This document shows, piece by piece, positions 31,081 to 43,344 of a stretch of 64,000 nucleotides of DNA. Position 1 is the first letter of the stretch. Each line of letters starts with the position of its first letter. Made by a program: the position numbers and the translations under genes. Source of the DNA: Hyaloraphidium curvatum SAG 235-1. Taxonomy: Eukaryota > Fungi > Monoblepharomycota. Under the pieces are notes generated by a model, which was given only the letters and a program-made list of their open reading frames with translations, made no database searches and was not told the origin of the DNA. The stretch spans positions 372,001 through 436,000 of the forward strand of contig JAIVFI010000020.1 in assembly GCA_025558095.1 (NCBI GenBank), in the 5' to 3' direction.

Positions 31081-33415
31081 CAGGAACGACAACCGTGGGC
31101 GTGGCGCTTGCAGTGCTCGTGGCCTGACGAAGGAGCTTCTACGTAAGAGTCTGTTCCACGAAATACGAAAGGATGAACTAACCGTGGCCGTCGTGCGCGT
31201 AAGGGTCGTCCGCGTGGTCTGCGACGCCACGTAGCCGGGCAGCGAGACCTTGAAAGCGTAGAGGAAGCTCGGCACGAGCGTGCATCCCGAGTCGATCGCG
31301 ACCTGGGTCCCGTTGGTGCAGACGTCCAGCTGAGTTCCGCCGCCGGTCTGCGTGACGCTAAAGTCGTTGTCCGTTGCCAGGAGGAGCAGGAAGCTGCCGT
31401 CGGCCAGGCGGGGTCCGATGGTGATGCCCTCCATCTTCTCCGGGATCGTGAGCCCGGCGTTCACGAGCTCTGTAAGCACGTCGAAGAACAGGGTCTTGGA
31501 CACGGGGATGGTCCCAAGAGGCAGGTCGTTGGTCCCCGCAAGACTGGTGCCGCTCACGTCGCTGGCACCAGCAATGTCAATCTTGAAGATGCGCTTCGAC
31601 CCGACGGGGTTGGCCGCGATCGGGTCGTCCACGCCCAGGCCGCGGTTGTCGCGCTCGAGCACCAGGAACTCGGTCGCGCCGAGCGAGATGATGGCGCTGA
31701 TGCCGATGTTGCGGCCCTGAGCGGTGGCGCCAAAGTCGTTGGCAGTGCCAGGGATGCGACTGTTGATGTCGGCGATCGCCTCCACCTGGTAGATGAACTG
31801 GCGCTGCGGCTCCCCCGACGCCACGTCGTACTCGACCATGCGCAGGTTCCGGCTGCGACGGCCGTCGTTGCTTGCGCCCTCGATCACCAGGGGGTCCTGC
31901 AGAAGACCGTAGAGCTTGGTGCCGTCGGGGGAGATGGCCAGGCCCTCGAAGCCGCGGTTGTCCTGGCGCCCCGACGTGATGAATGCACGCCCGTCGACGT
32001 AGTTCGTTGTGCCGTTCGCCATCTTGGGCACCAGGTTGGCGGGGACCTGGAACCTCCTCGAGAGGGTGCCGTCGGGACGGAACTCGAGCACCGAGGGCCC
32101 GTACTCGTCCTAGGTATGCGCAGCGGTCAGTGCCGGCTTCGAACCGATCGCCAGGGATTGGACACCCACCGAGATGTACAGCAATCCAGATTCCGAGACA
32201 ACGATTCCTTCGGGATCAAGCGACCTCCCCAGCGTCTCCACCGAGCCGGTGAGCAGCAGCGGGTTGAGGCCGTTGAAGGGCGTGCCATCCGTGTCCCGCA
32301 GCAGGACGGTCTCGGCGACGGCAAAGTTGCTGATGGCGCCCGTCGCGGGGTCCACGGCAAGCGACAGGTGGTGGAAGCGCGTCTCGTAGCTGATAACCCC
32401 GCCGCCGGGCCCGCGATCGGCGAGGGCATAGAAGACGCCGGTGCTGCGGTCGTAGTAGATGTCGGAGCCGAAGCCACCAAGGCGGTTGCCATTGGCACCG
32501 GCAGGCTTGCCGCTCGCGTCGGCCGCATCGCCGGGGATGGTGATGCTGTTGACGAAGCTGACGAACTGGGCCGTGGCGGTTGCTATTGCAACCTGCTTTG
32601 CTTATCATGAGAACGAGCGCTTCGAAGCAGGCCGGCACATTTAGCTCACTGTCGTCGAAGTAGGTGTAAGAGTGCCGGAGGTCGAGTTCAAAGTCAAGGT
32701 ATGAGTGGTGCTGGTCGTTGCTGGCGCAGGCGTGGGGGTGGCTGTCGATTGCATGACCACGAGAGAAGTCGTCTTCCAGGATGCCGAATCAGGAGCATGT
32801 GATGAGCTCCGAAATCAATGATACAATTGTTCACACCTACCTGTTGCTCTGTGGTGATGCGCTGAGTTGTCGCCAACCGTTTTGTAGAAGTCCGCTTGGC
32901 GGTCCCTCGCCTCGTCGATGACTTGCGTTTGGTGGAAGTGCGCTTGCGCGTGCTAGTGAGCTTGCGAAGGGATGAGGTTTTCCGCTTGGTGGTCAGCCTC
33001 TTTTTGGTCGTCGTCAACTTCCGCTTTGTGGTCTTGCGTGTCGTCCGTTTCCTCGAGGTAGCTCGCTTCTTGGTTGAGGTCTTTTTCGCCTGCCGCCTCT
33101 CCAAAGCAACGGCAGATGCATCATCTTCAAGAGCCTCCACGGCATCCAACTGGTCAAACGAAATGGAGTCCTCAAATGCGGGGGCCAAGGGAGCAGCCTC
33201 GGCCGACGTCAGCCAGCCGTGTCCGGCATGAACGATGCCAGAAGCGACGGAGGAGCCGGGTCCGCCATTCGCAAGGCTACAGGGGAGTTTTCAGTCAGAT
33301 GATGGCGCATCGGAACGTTCGGCAGAGCGGAGCGCCTCCAGTCCTACCTGCGACGCTCGTGGAACGATGCGAGCACGATCGCGAACAAGGCCGCGAACGC
33401 GAACCGCCCATACAT
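30211..33415 (-). CDS. Secreted esterase-like-phytase domain protein with two C-terminal lamin-tail (LTD) domains and a K/R/T-rich N-terminal region
   Basis: Signal peptide MYGRFAFAALFAIVLAS; DRGPGG, LDPEGI, S|DEYGP, NRGFEGLA, LVLERDNRG, EKMEG and TDNDF motifs; two INEVES...DWIEL.N...VDLSG repeats; several introns. Confidence 0.85.
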
Positions 33416-33939
33416 CGCGAACAAGTGAACCTGCCCGCGCTGATTTGCTTCGGTCGGTGTTGCGGGTAAACAAATGGGTGGCAAGAATGGAGATGAGCCA
33501 GGGATGGGCCCATCGTGGCCTTGGTGTGCGCATGCACCAGCCACATCACCCGGCCGGCCGATCCCATCCGTTTAGCCGGTCCGCGCTTGCGGCACTTTGT
33601 TCGGAAAACAGTGCCATGCTAGCTCCGTGTATGAGCAGTCGACCAACGGCGATGATGTCTGCTCGGCCCGGCGTGTACATGCGCGGGACACCTGGGGCTA
33701 GCTGATGGATGTCGCCTTGGCCTTCAACCGCATGACAACATCTTGCGCACAGGACAGTCAGGACAGAAACTAGCATTCGATCATGCCGGACCCCTGGGAC
33801 GTACATGATGAGGGCCTCCGAACAAGCCAGCAACCCCGACGCCGCCCCATCGGCGCAAGGCAAAGGGACAAAGCCCGGGTATCGTCCGCCGCATCGCGCG
33901 GCTTCCAGGCGCAGCCACTGCGCTCCTCCCGCGGAGGGT

Positions 33940-34700
33940 TCAGATGGCGTCCACGTCCACGTCGTCGAAGTCGACGAGGTCCTCGTCGTCCTCGCCCTCG
34001 CCGGTCGCGTCCGTCTCGTTGATCTTCGTGTTTTCCGGGAGCTCGCCGTAACTGGTCATGGGAAAAAAGGCTAGATTAGCGCCCTGTCGCAAGTGAACCG
34101 ACGGAGAGGCTTTGAAGCGGCCAGACGCAGTCCGGTGTTCGCCGACAACAACAGATCATCGCCCACAGCTCGTAGAGCCAAGGGACGGTGCCACGACCGC
34201 GCATCATATGCCTTCCTCCCTTGGCGCCTCCACCGGGCACACTCACGCTTTCAGCGACCTCGCCTCGTCCGCCGTGTACTTCAGGATCACGTCCGCCTTC
34301 TCGTCCTGGTACTCCCGCAGGCTGACCAGGATCACGTCTCCCGGAGTGATCCACACCCTCTTCCTGAACGCCCCCCGGATGTGCGCGAGCCGCTTGCTGC
34401 CGTCGATGCAGTGCGCCTCGACCCAGCCGTTCCCGAGCATCTTCTGGACGACGGCGTACTCCTGGCCGTCCTCCTTGAAGAGGAGCTCGCGCTTCTCCTT
34501 CTCATTTTCATTCTTCCCGCGCTAGAGGGCGGAACAGGGGTGCGACGGGGCGAGCGGGCGGTGCGCAGCGCGGGAACGGCGCGAGGGGGAAAGCGACCCG
34601 GAGCGGCGGCGGAGGAGGCGAGCCGTCAGCGCCGCCAGAGGCAGGCGGGCAGATCCCGCACCTTGCGGTTCTTGCCTCCCTTGCCCTTGTTCTTGGGCAT
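33940..34700 (-). CDS. TIF11: Translation initiation factor eIF1A
   Basis: [13 protein letters not shown]|[29 protein letters not shown], acidic tail; two introns. Confidence 0.96.
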
Positions 34701-34946
34701 GGCGGCGAGAGGGGTGTGTGGAGTTCGATGAGAGCTGTTCCCAGCCTCGTCGCCGACTTTTCTTCCCGCGAACAGACGCACAGATTCGCGGCGAAAGAAC
34801 GCAATCTGATCTCTTCTGCGCCAAATAATATGGAGACAGGACGTCGAGAATTCCACGGACGCGGACGGGGCCAAATTGACACAGAAACCTCGAGGCAGGG
34901 AATCGATCGGTCGCAATATCTACAAGCGAGTTCGATCCAAAGGAGC

Positions 34947-35773
34947 TTAGTCGAACAGACCGAAGCCCATGTCTGGAGACAAAAGAGAGGCATGAGCAGC
35001 GAGAGGGGAACGATTCGGTGGGAAAGGAAGCGTAGAGCGTGAGCAAACGGCGTTGGAGAGCGGGCACCGGTCGAACTGACCCTCGTCACCCTCCTCCTCC
35101 TCCTCCTCCTTCTTCTTCTCCTCCTTCTTGCTCTCGGCGGCCGGTGCGGCACCGCCGGCGGCGGGTGCGGCGGCGGCGGCCGGGGCAGCGGCGGCGGGAG
35201 CGGCGCCACCAACGGGCATCGACGCGAGCTTCGAGGCACCGTCGGCGATCAGCTGAGGGAGAGGAAGGAAGAGGCAAAGTTAGAGGCTGTTTGAGGCGGA
35301 TCCATTGCGAGAGCCAAAACACGGCAGCAGGTGAAGCAGATGCGAAAGCCATTCCCCCGGTCCATGGGAATTCCAGGCCGGCGAATCGACGATGCGACGC
35401 CAGCGACATGCAAAAGCACAACGCAGCGCAGGCATCACACGAGATTGGCCGCCGGGGAAGCACAAAGAAGCTTCCGCATCTGAACGTGCCATCGACCAGC
35501 AACCCCGCCCAACAATCCCGAATGAGTGCATCGAGCTTTCAGGCGAGCTGAGCTCCCTTGACGTAGCCTGCTGCCCTCTCTCGGTCCCTCCTGTCGCCCG
35601 TCCACGAGCCTCACCTTGCCGAGGTCCTTCCCTCCGAGCTCCGAGATGAGCTTCTCCAGACGCTCATCGTCGGCCTCGACGCCGCCGGCGGCGAGCACCT
35701 CCTTGACCTCGTCGGCCGTGGGCGCCGACTTGCCGGCAAGGGTGAGAAGAAGGTAGGCGGCGAGGTGCTTCAT
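34947..35773 (-). CDS. RPP2: 60S acidic ribosomal protein P2
   Basis: MKHLAAYLLL...LIADGASKLASMP, Ala-rich hinge, EEE...DMGFGLFD; two introns. Confidence 0.96.
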
Positions 35774-36018
35774 TTTCTAGAGGGTGCGAACGCGCGTCAG
35801 AGCCCGTGGAAAGCGCGGCGGACGCGGCGCCCACAGTGTGAGGGTGCTAAAGAGAGGGACGTATCGCCGCAAAGCTGGCAAGGCCCTTCGGTTCCGAGTG
35901 GGAACGGCTATGCTGGTCGATACTGATGTTGTGGGATCGGGTCTAGGTCGAGAAAACTTGAACCTATTTGAAAGGGAGTTGCAGTGGGGAACCGCCGTTC
36001 GACAAGACACCGCACCGA

Positions 36019-37703
36019 ATGGATCCAGCTCCCGGCCCCGAGCCCGCGCAACCGGCGATGGCAGTGCCTGCCGCCGAGCCCGATTTCGCGCCCACGGCGC
36101 CCGGCACGGCGGTGACGCTGGCGGCGCCCGAGTCACCGGCGCCCTCGCCCGCCGAAGGGTCGAGCACCCCCGCGGCCCGAGACGACGACGCGGCGTCCGA
36201 GGCGCCGACCGAGGACAAGCCGAAACCGCGGCGGAAGCGCTACCTGCCGGCAGATGCCTCCGGGGTGCCGAAGCGCAGGCGGGAGGACGGGCCGAGGAGC
36301 AAGGATCTGTTCGAGACGGCGTGGGTCCCGGTTCCGCATCTGCGAGGCGGCGCAACTGATGGATCGTATCCGTATTCGACCTCTGCACCGCAGATTTTTC
36401 CTCATATGGCACGAGAAGTTCAGCAAGCTGATATCCGTGGGCAAGGTCGCGCCTCTGGTCCCAAAGGTGCCCATACCGCAGCCCGCGCGCCGAACCGGCA
36501 TCCGATGCTTACGGCCTCCTTGCCGACGCGTGCCCCGCAGGAATTCGAGGCGGCCCTCGACAGCTACGCCGACTCGCCGCTCCTGCGCTCCCTCCTCTCT
36601 CGCGTCCTCAGCGCCCTCCTCTCGCGGCCGGTCGACACCTCCGACGCCGCCCTCGTTCCCGCCCTGCGCTCCGCCATCGCCCGCCACATCGACCGCGACC
36701 CCGCGCTGAACGATTTCTGGGGCACCGACAACCCCATGGAGGGCGCCGAGACCATGGCGCCCTTCTGGGCGCTCACGGCCGAGAACAAGGCCAAGACGTT
36801 CCGCTACCTCGCCGAGTGGGCCACGGCCGTGGGCAGGATCAAGACGGCGGTGGACGTCGCGTACGAGGACCGGGAGAGCGCCGCCAACACGCTCTGGGTG
36901 CCGCGGGTGGGCAAGGACCGCAACAGGAACAGCTTCTGGCGGCTCGAGGGGTTCCCGAGGATCTGGAGGGAGACCGTGGCCGGCCGATGGAGTGGGTTTC
37001 TTGTGTTGATATGGTGTCCGGATCGGTCGCTCATCTGCCTGCAGGTGTCATTTCGGACAACGTCGCGGACATGCGCAAGTTTGCCGAGACGCTGGCGACT
37101 GACAAGCCCGCGCAGGAACGGGAGCTGCGCCGCAAGATTCTCGAGGAACTCGCCCCCAACTATGAGGAGACCGAAAAGGTTTGGTGTCGTCGGCGCGTCA
37201 TGGCGGCCACGGGCACGACCGCTGATCGCCCGTCTCCGTAGCGCAAGAACCGTGCCGAGCGCCGCATCCAAAAGCTCGAGCGGCAGCTGGCCGTCGTCGC
37301 CGCCGGCCCCGTGCGGACCACGCGCAGTCGGCCCGTGTCGTACAACGTCGACGTGGACGACCGCGAGTTCGAAAAGATGCTCAAGACGCCCAAGAAGGAC
37401 GCGCCGCCGGAAAAGGTGTTCCGCGACGGCTTCCGCAAAACCCGGCGCGGTGCAGACACCACCGAGCTCGTGGAGCTCCCGAGCAATTGGAAAGACGTGG
37501 GTAGGCCGCGAGACCGGCGGAGGATATCGGAGGAGGACGGGGAGAGCACGCTGGCGGGGACTGGGGAGGACGGCGAGGCGCACGACACCGAGGAGTCGGA
37601 TTTGGATTCCGTGGCAAGCATGGAGACGGAGGACGAGGGCGCGCCGCCCGCGAAGAAGGCATCGCCGGGCGTCTCTGCTCCGGCCGGAGCCATCGGCGCA
37701 TGA
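36019..37703 (+). CDS. DDT/WHIM1/WSD-type chromatin-remodelling accessory protein
   Basis: Spliced FETAFFLIWHEKF...EFEAAL...LLSRVL (DDT-like); FWALTAENKAKTFRYLAEW (WHIM1-like); VGKDRNRNSFW (WSD-like). Confidence 0.6.
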
Positions 37704-37828
37704 GGCCGGCAGGCTCGGCTCTTGGGAAGGGACAACGACACACGACAAAGATACCGCTTGGTCCAGGACTCTCGGGTCTCATTTCGTTGTATACCAGCTA
37801 GAGAAGATTCTTAAATCGCCTTCATGCC

Positions 37829-39019
37829 CTACACCAGCGACGCGAGGACCACGCCCAGTCCGATCACGAATACAAAGGCGGCGAGGTCGTCGCGGAGCAT
37901 GGTGAAGACCAGGCCGAACCGGCGGAAGAAGCCGGCCGCAGCCGGAGGCCGGTCGCTCGAAGGGCGCGGGGGAGTGGAGATTGACGTGTCCAGGATGGAG
38001 GCGGCGCCGATGCGCAGGAGGTGCAGCGTAACTTCTGACATGAGGAAGATGAGCCAGATTGGCTGTCGGCCCCCACGGAATGCGTTAGAAGCCTGCTTCC
38101 AAATCAGCGAACCAGTTGGACTCACGTATCCGACTGCTTCCGCGCCAAGGTCGTCGAGCACCTCGGACGAACCCAGCCGCAGCCTCGCTATCCTCGCAGC
38201 ACCGCTCCTCCAGCCCGTGTACTCTCCGACCTGCGCATCCCCATCCGCGTCGACGTCGCCCATGTCCACGACGCTGCCGCTCGTCGCCAGCAGGTACAGA
38301 GCAAAGAGGGCCACCGCGGCGGAGCACAGGATGCCCACGATGCGCCACGGCCGTGCCCTTCGCAGCTCCTCCTTGCGCCTGAGCTCCTCCTCTGCGCGCA
38401 TCTCCGCCACGGCGGGGTGGGTGGGCTTCATCATGTTCTGCAGCATGCTCGCCATGCCGGGCGGCGCGTTGGCGCCCAGCAGCGCGGCCAGCGGGTTGTC
38501 CATCGGCATCTGCGCCTGCGGCTGGCTGCCCGGCTGCGATGCCTGCCCCCTGCGCTGCCTCGGGCCCTGGTCGCCGGGCGGGGCGCCGAGCAGGCCCGCC
38601 AGCGGGTCGCCGCCCTGCTGGCCGGCCCCCTGGCCCGTCATCTGGCCCAGCAGCTGCGCAAACAGCGCCATCGGGTCCTCCGGCGCGCCCTGCGCCCCCG
38701 CGGCGGGGCCGAACGAATCCGAGTCGGGCGCCTCGCCGGTGAGCGCGTCGCCGAGCCGCTGCGCCTGCCGGAGCGGCGGCGTCGCGGCCGGCCGCGCGTC
38801 GAAGCGCGGGAAGCCCGGCGGGAAATGCTCGGCCGCGACGAGCGGCGGCGGCTGCGGCGCCGGGGACGCGGGCTCGGCGGGCGCGTCCGCCCCCGCGTTC
38901 GCCGCCCCGCCCGCCGCCGCCTCGCCCTCGAGCCGCGCCTGCTCGAGCCTCTTCAGCCGGTCCGTGCCGCGCGCCATGATGCGCTGCCGCCGCTGCTCCG
39001 CCTCGTTCGCGGATGACAT
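37829..39019 (-). CDS. GET2/CAML-like ER insertase subunit
   Basis: N-terminal EQRRQRIMARGTDRLKRL, disordered middle, three C-terminal hydrophobic helices; likely in-frame intron at 38063-38125. Confidence 0.65.
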   Translation of the reverse strand: MSSANEAEQRRQRIMARGTDRLKRLEQARLEGEAAAGGAANAGADAPAEPASPAPQPPPLVAAEHFPPGFPRFDARPAATPPLRQAQRLGDALTGEAPDSDSFGPAAGAQGAPEDPMALFAQLLGQMTGQGAGQQGGDPLAGLLGAPPGDQGPRQRRGQASQPGSQPQAQMPMDNPLAALLGANAPPGMASMLQNMMKPTHPAVAEMRAEEELRRKEELRRARPWRIVGILCSAAVALFALYLLATSGSVVDMGDVDADGDAQVGEYTGWRSGAARIARLRLGSSEVLDDLGAEAVGYVSPTGSLIWKQASNAFRGGRQPIWLIFLMSEVTLHLLRIGAASILDTSISTPPRPSSDRPPAAAGFFRRFGLVFTMLRDDLAAFVFVIGLGVVLASLV

Positions 39020-39181
39020 GGTGGACGCGTTGTTGGCTCTTGCTCCAACTCTCTTTAATGCGAGTGATGCGTTCAGCAGCACGAGCTCTCGAGGTGTCGA
39101 GCGTTCCGCAAGCAAGCAATACTACGTGTCCCATTGACAGAGATATGCTAAGTTACACCAGGTGCTGCAGATCCATCCAAT

Positions 39182-42100
39182 CTATGGCGAGTTGAGGAAC
39201 GCCGGGGATGCGGCGTCCGAAGCGAGTTTCGAGAAGGGGTCCGTGTTGCTAGCCGACGATCCCGCCGGAGGTGTGCGCGGAGCCCCCGTCCGTGCGAACG
39301 GATCCGTGTTGCTGGCCGAAGATCCCAGCGGGGGAGTGCGGGGAACGCCAGCCCGTGCAAAGGGGTCGGTGTTGCTCGATGAGGATCCCAACGTCGGCGT
39401 GCCGAGGGGGTTGAAGGTGCTCGCCGAGGAGAGCGGCGGCGTGGCAAGGGCCTCGCCGTTCGGGCCCGTCGCATGCACGGAGGAGGGGGCCATGCCGGCG
39501 TGCGCCACCAGTACCCGTTCGAGGTCCGCGCGCGTGATCGGCTTGGCGACGAACCCGTCCATGCCGCTCTCGGTGGCCCGCTCGCGGTCGTGGGCCATGG
39601 CATTGGCCGTGAGGGCGATGATCGGCATGCGGGCGCGGCCCTGTGCCGCCTCGCGGCTGCGGATCTCCTGCGTCGCCTGGAAGCCGTCCATCACGGGCAT
39701 CTGAAGATCCATGAGGATCAACTTGTACTGGTCGGCTTCGGCGCCGGGTTGCAGCGACGCCTCCACGGCGTCGACGGCCTTTTGGCCATTGTCCACGACC
39801 TTGACGTTGCAGCCGAGCAATGTAAGCATCCTGTTTGCCACCTTCTGGTTGACGAGGTTGTCCTCGGCGAGCAGCACGCGCATGCCCCCGGCCCGGGCGT
39901 CCTGCGAAGCCCTCGACTTGGAACTCGCCAGCGCCCGCCGGGGTGCGCTCTTGCTCAGCAGCTGCTCGAGGGTGGCGGATAGCACCTGCCGATGGACCGG
40001 CTTGTGCACGCGGCGTAGGATCGCCGACGACGGGAGCGCTCCGCCTTCCTCGCCACTCCCCACGGGGGTAAGGACGACGAATGGCGTGGAAGCGAGGGTG
40101 GCGTTGTTGGAGACGTCGCGGGCCAGGTCCAGCCCCGATACGCCCGGCATGTCGCGATCGACGACGACAACGTCGTAGCGTCTCTCGGCCGCGACCGCCT
40201 CCAGCATCATTGCCAGGGCGGACGATCCGCCGTCGGCAGAGTCCGTGTCGAATCCCATGGACAGCATCCAGTCGGACGTCGCCGTCCGCGCCTCGGCATT
40301 GTCGTCCACCACGAGTGCCCGCTTGCCCGCAAACACCTTGGGAATCGGGGTGTCCTTCGCGGGCTCCGTGGCGTTCTTGAAGTGCGCCGAGAACCAGAAG
40401 GTTGATCCGCCGCCCAGCTCGCTGACGACCCCGATCTCGCCGCCGAACAGGCGCACGAGTTCCCTGGAAATGGCGAGGCCCAGGCCGGTGCCGCCGTGCG
40501 TCCTGGTGGTGGATCCGTCCGCCTGCGCAAAGACGTCGAAGATCTTTTCCTGGAACTCCGCGCTGACGCCGATGCCAGAATCCTTGACCTCGAAGAGCAG
40601 CAAGACCCCTTCCGCATCCTGCTCCACCAGCGAGACGCTGACGACCGCCTGGCCCCGTTCCGTGAACTTGACTGCGTTGCCGATGAGGTTCGTGAGCACC
40701 TGATGCGTTTCGGGCCAATGAGCACGCATACAACCGCTCGTCGCGCCAAATCCACGCACCTGCCGGAGCCGGTCCGGATCGCCGATCAGGTTCATAGGTA
40801 TCTCCTTGCCCATTCGCAGGACGAGGTCGAGGCCTTTTGCCTGCGCTCGCGGGGCGAGCATGTCAAGGGAGGCCTCGAGCAGCGCCAGGAGGTCGAACGA
40901 CACGGAGGTGAGCTCCATCTTGCCGGCCTCGATCTTCGAGAAGTCGAGCACGTCGTTGATGATGCCGAGCAGGCTCTTTGCGGAGTTTTGAATGATGTCG
41001 GCGTACTCTCTTTGGGTTGCTGCGAGATCCGTCTCGAGCAGGAGCTCGGTCTGTTCATGAGAGTCAGCCACGGCCGGCAACCTTTCAGCTTCAGTAAACT
41101 GACCATCCCGAGCACTCCGTTCATCGGCGTGCGAATCTCATGCGACATCGTAGCAAGGAACTCGGTTTTGGCCTTGGCTGCCGTCTCCGAGACCTCCTTG
41201 GCGGTGCGCAGCTCGTTCTGGGTCTGCAGCAGCGCGGCCTTGTCCTCCGCAAGCCTGTTGCCCATCTCGACAACTCCCCGCGACGTTTCGTCGAGCTCGA
41301 CGACTTCCATCGGCTTGTACTCCTGCTCAAAGTAGCCTTTGCCGATCTCTCGCACCGTGTTGTTGATGTCCTGCAGAGGCTGGGCAATGCTGCGGGCCAT
41401 GCTCCTCGCCTTGAACCAAAGGTAGACGAAGAAGCCGATGTAGAAGCACACCAAGCAACCGATGACAATCCAGGTCACTTGGCTGATGCGGGCGCTTTGC
41501 GCCACGGCTTGCGCGTCGATCTCGTTTTGGGCAACAATGATGAGAAGCTTCCAGTTCGTACTGGCAACCGTCGACCAAGCAGCTTGCTTGCCGCCGTTCC
41601 CAAGATTCGTGGCCATGATTCCCGACTCTTCGGTCTCCAGGCGCGCTGCGAGATCCGCGATATCCTTGCGCTTGTAGAGGTTGAACTCGTCAGGTTTGAA
41701 GGTGTCCTGCATGATCGCGGTCTGATAATCGTGATCGATCTGCGATGACGGTGTCAGCTTTGCACACTGAGGATGCATCTGCGACACGAACCAGTTCGGT
41801 GAGACCGAAGTCGGTCTCTCCCTTCTTGGGCAATGCAAGGATGGTGCCGCTGCGCTCGATGAGGACACCGTAGCCGTACCAAGGGATCTGGAGCGCCAGG
41901 ACCTGCGCCAAGATGGCGGGCAGAGTCAAGTCCGCGCCCACAACGCCCTCGAGGAAGTCCGTCCCGGGCCGGTAGACGGGCTCGATCGCCGACGCCATCC
42001 ACCCAGACCCGGCAGGGTCAAGGTACGCATCAACCCAAACGACGCTTCGGTTCGGGTTCATGGTCGCATTGGCCTCGTAGTAGAAGTTGAAGGTCGGGAT

Positions 42101-43148
42101 GTCCATGACGGGGGAGTAAATGTTGAGCACATCCATCCAAGGCCAAATGCGGTTGAGTGAGTCGTGCGTGTTGAGGTATGCCTGCACGACCAGCGGATTG
42201 TTCTTCACGAATGACCGCATCACATAGTCGAACCTCTCCGACTTGAGGATCTTGTCCTGCTCCTCGGGGCCGATGCGTGTGTGCGCCGAATAGTAGAGAG
42301 CAGAGAGACCGTCTTCTCCGGTGCCGGTCTTGTAGGTGGTTCCGTTTTCGGAAACGGAGTAGTGCGAAAGCCGTTCCGCCCTCTCCGCATCGCTGATGAC
42401 CAGGGGCTCGGCCATGGCACGAGTAATCTCGTCGGTAAGGATGCGCAGAGATGCCTGGATTCCCTCGAGCTGGCGCTCAATGACCGAGGCTTCACGCACA
42501 GCTATGCGGGACAGCTCGTCCTCCGATATGACGCGGATGGAGCTGACGTTTTCGTCTGTGGACAACCGTCAGAGTGTTTCGACGCGGAGGCAAGTTCAAC
42601 TCACTGAAGACGAATCGGTTCGCGGCAATGTAGACGCCGATGAGGACGCATTCCACGAGGAGCAGCGGAATGAGGGCAGTGCGGAGCTGGTGCGCCCAAA
42701 TCCAGTTCTGCAGGTACTGGGGCTTGCGCTTCTTCGACCCGAAGCCGCAACAGCCGCGGCTCGAGGAAGAAGCCGCGGATGCCGGCGGGACGGCGGCCTC
42801 CGTCGGGCTCGGCGCCTTCTTTGCCGCCGAAGAATCCATGAGGTATGCCGACCCGGTCCGGGCGCCGGCGGCGTCCAGCATGCCGGATGCCTTCTTGGCG
42901 ACCGCATAGTCCGACAAGGACGCCGTCCGGGGTGCGGCGGCGGCGGCCGCCGCCATCTTCTCATCAGGGGGGCGCTGCGAGTCCGGTAGACCCGCCAGCG
43001 ATTTCTCCGCCTCGATGTAGGCGGCGGCCGAGAGGGCCAGGTCCGGGGAGGCCGTGGCGGCTTCGCCCGGCCGGGGATCCCGCGGCGCCGCGCCGGCCGG
43101 GTCGACGACCACGACCGTCGCGTCGCTGGGCGTGCGGCCGACGGACAT
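39182..43148 (-). CDS. Transmembrane hybrid sensor histidine kinase (Cache-HAMP-HisKA-HATPase-REC-REC)
   Basis: Two TM helices flank a Cache region ([22 protein letters not shown]); [40 protein letters not shown]; two receivers ([16 protein letters not shown]); four introns. Confidence 0.93.
39228..39400 (-). repeat. Three 60-bp coding repeats ([16 protein letters not shown]) in the kinase tail
   Basis: Visible in both DNA and translation. Confidence 0.85.
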
Positions 43149-43344
43149 GCGAGCCGTGGAGGAGGGGAAGAGGAGGGTGTGTAGTCTGGTGACAAACCGA
43201 GGGAGGTGGGTGAAGCCGGGACGCGCCCGATGGCGCCGCATGTGGTTCTAGATCTTTTGGAACATCGGCTTCGCCCCAACGTCCCTACCCGAGGATTCGT
43301 CAGCTCAACCATGAAAACAGCACACGATCTACATTATGCTCGCT

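Noticed and set aside
33546-33863. 105-aa minus-strand ORF with a weak internal repeat
   Set aside because: Lies in the eIF1A 3' / phytase promoter interval; no family resemblance.
39182-43148. Bacterial contamination or chimeric contig as the source of the bacterial-like genes
   Set aside because: The kinase, phytase-like and NHL genes contain host-type spliceosomal introns and are interleaved with eukaryotic housekeeping genes.
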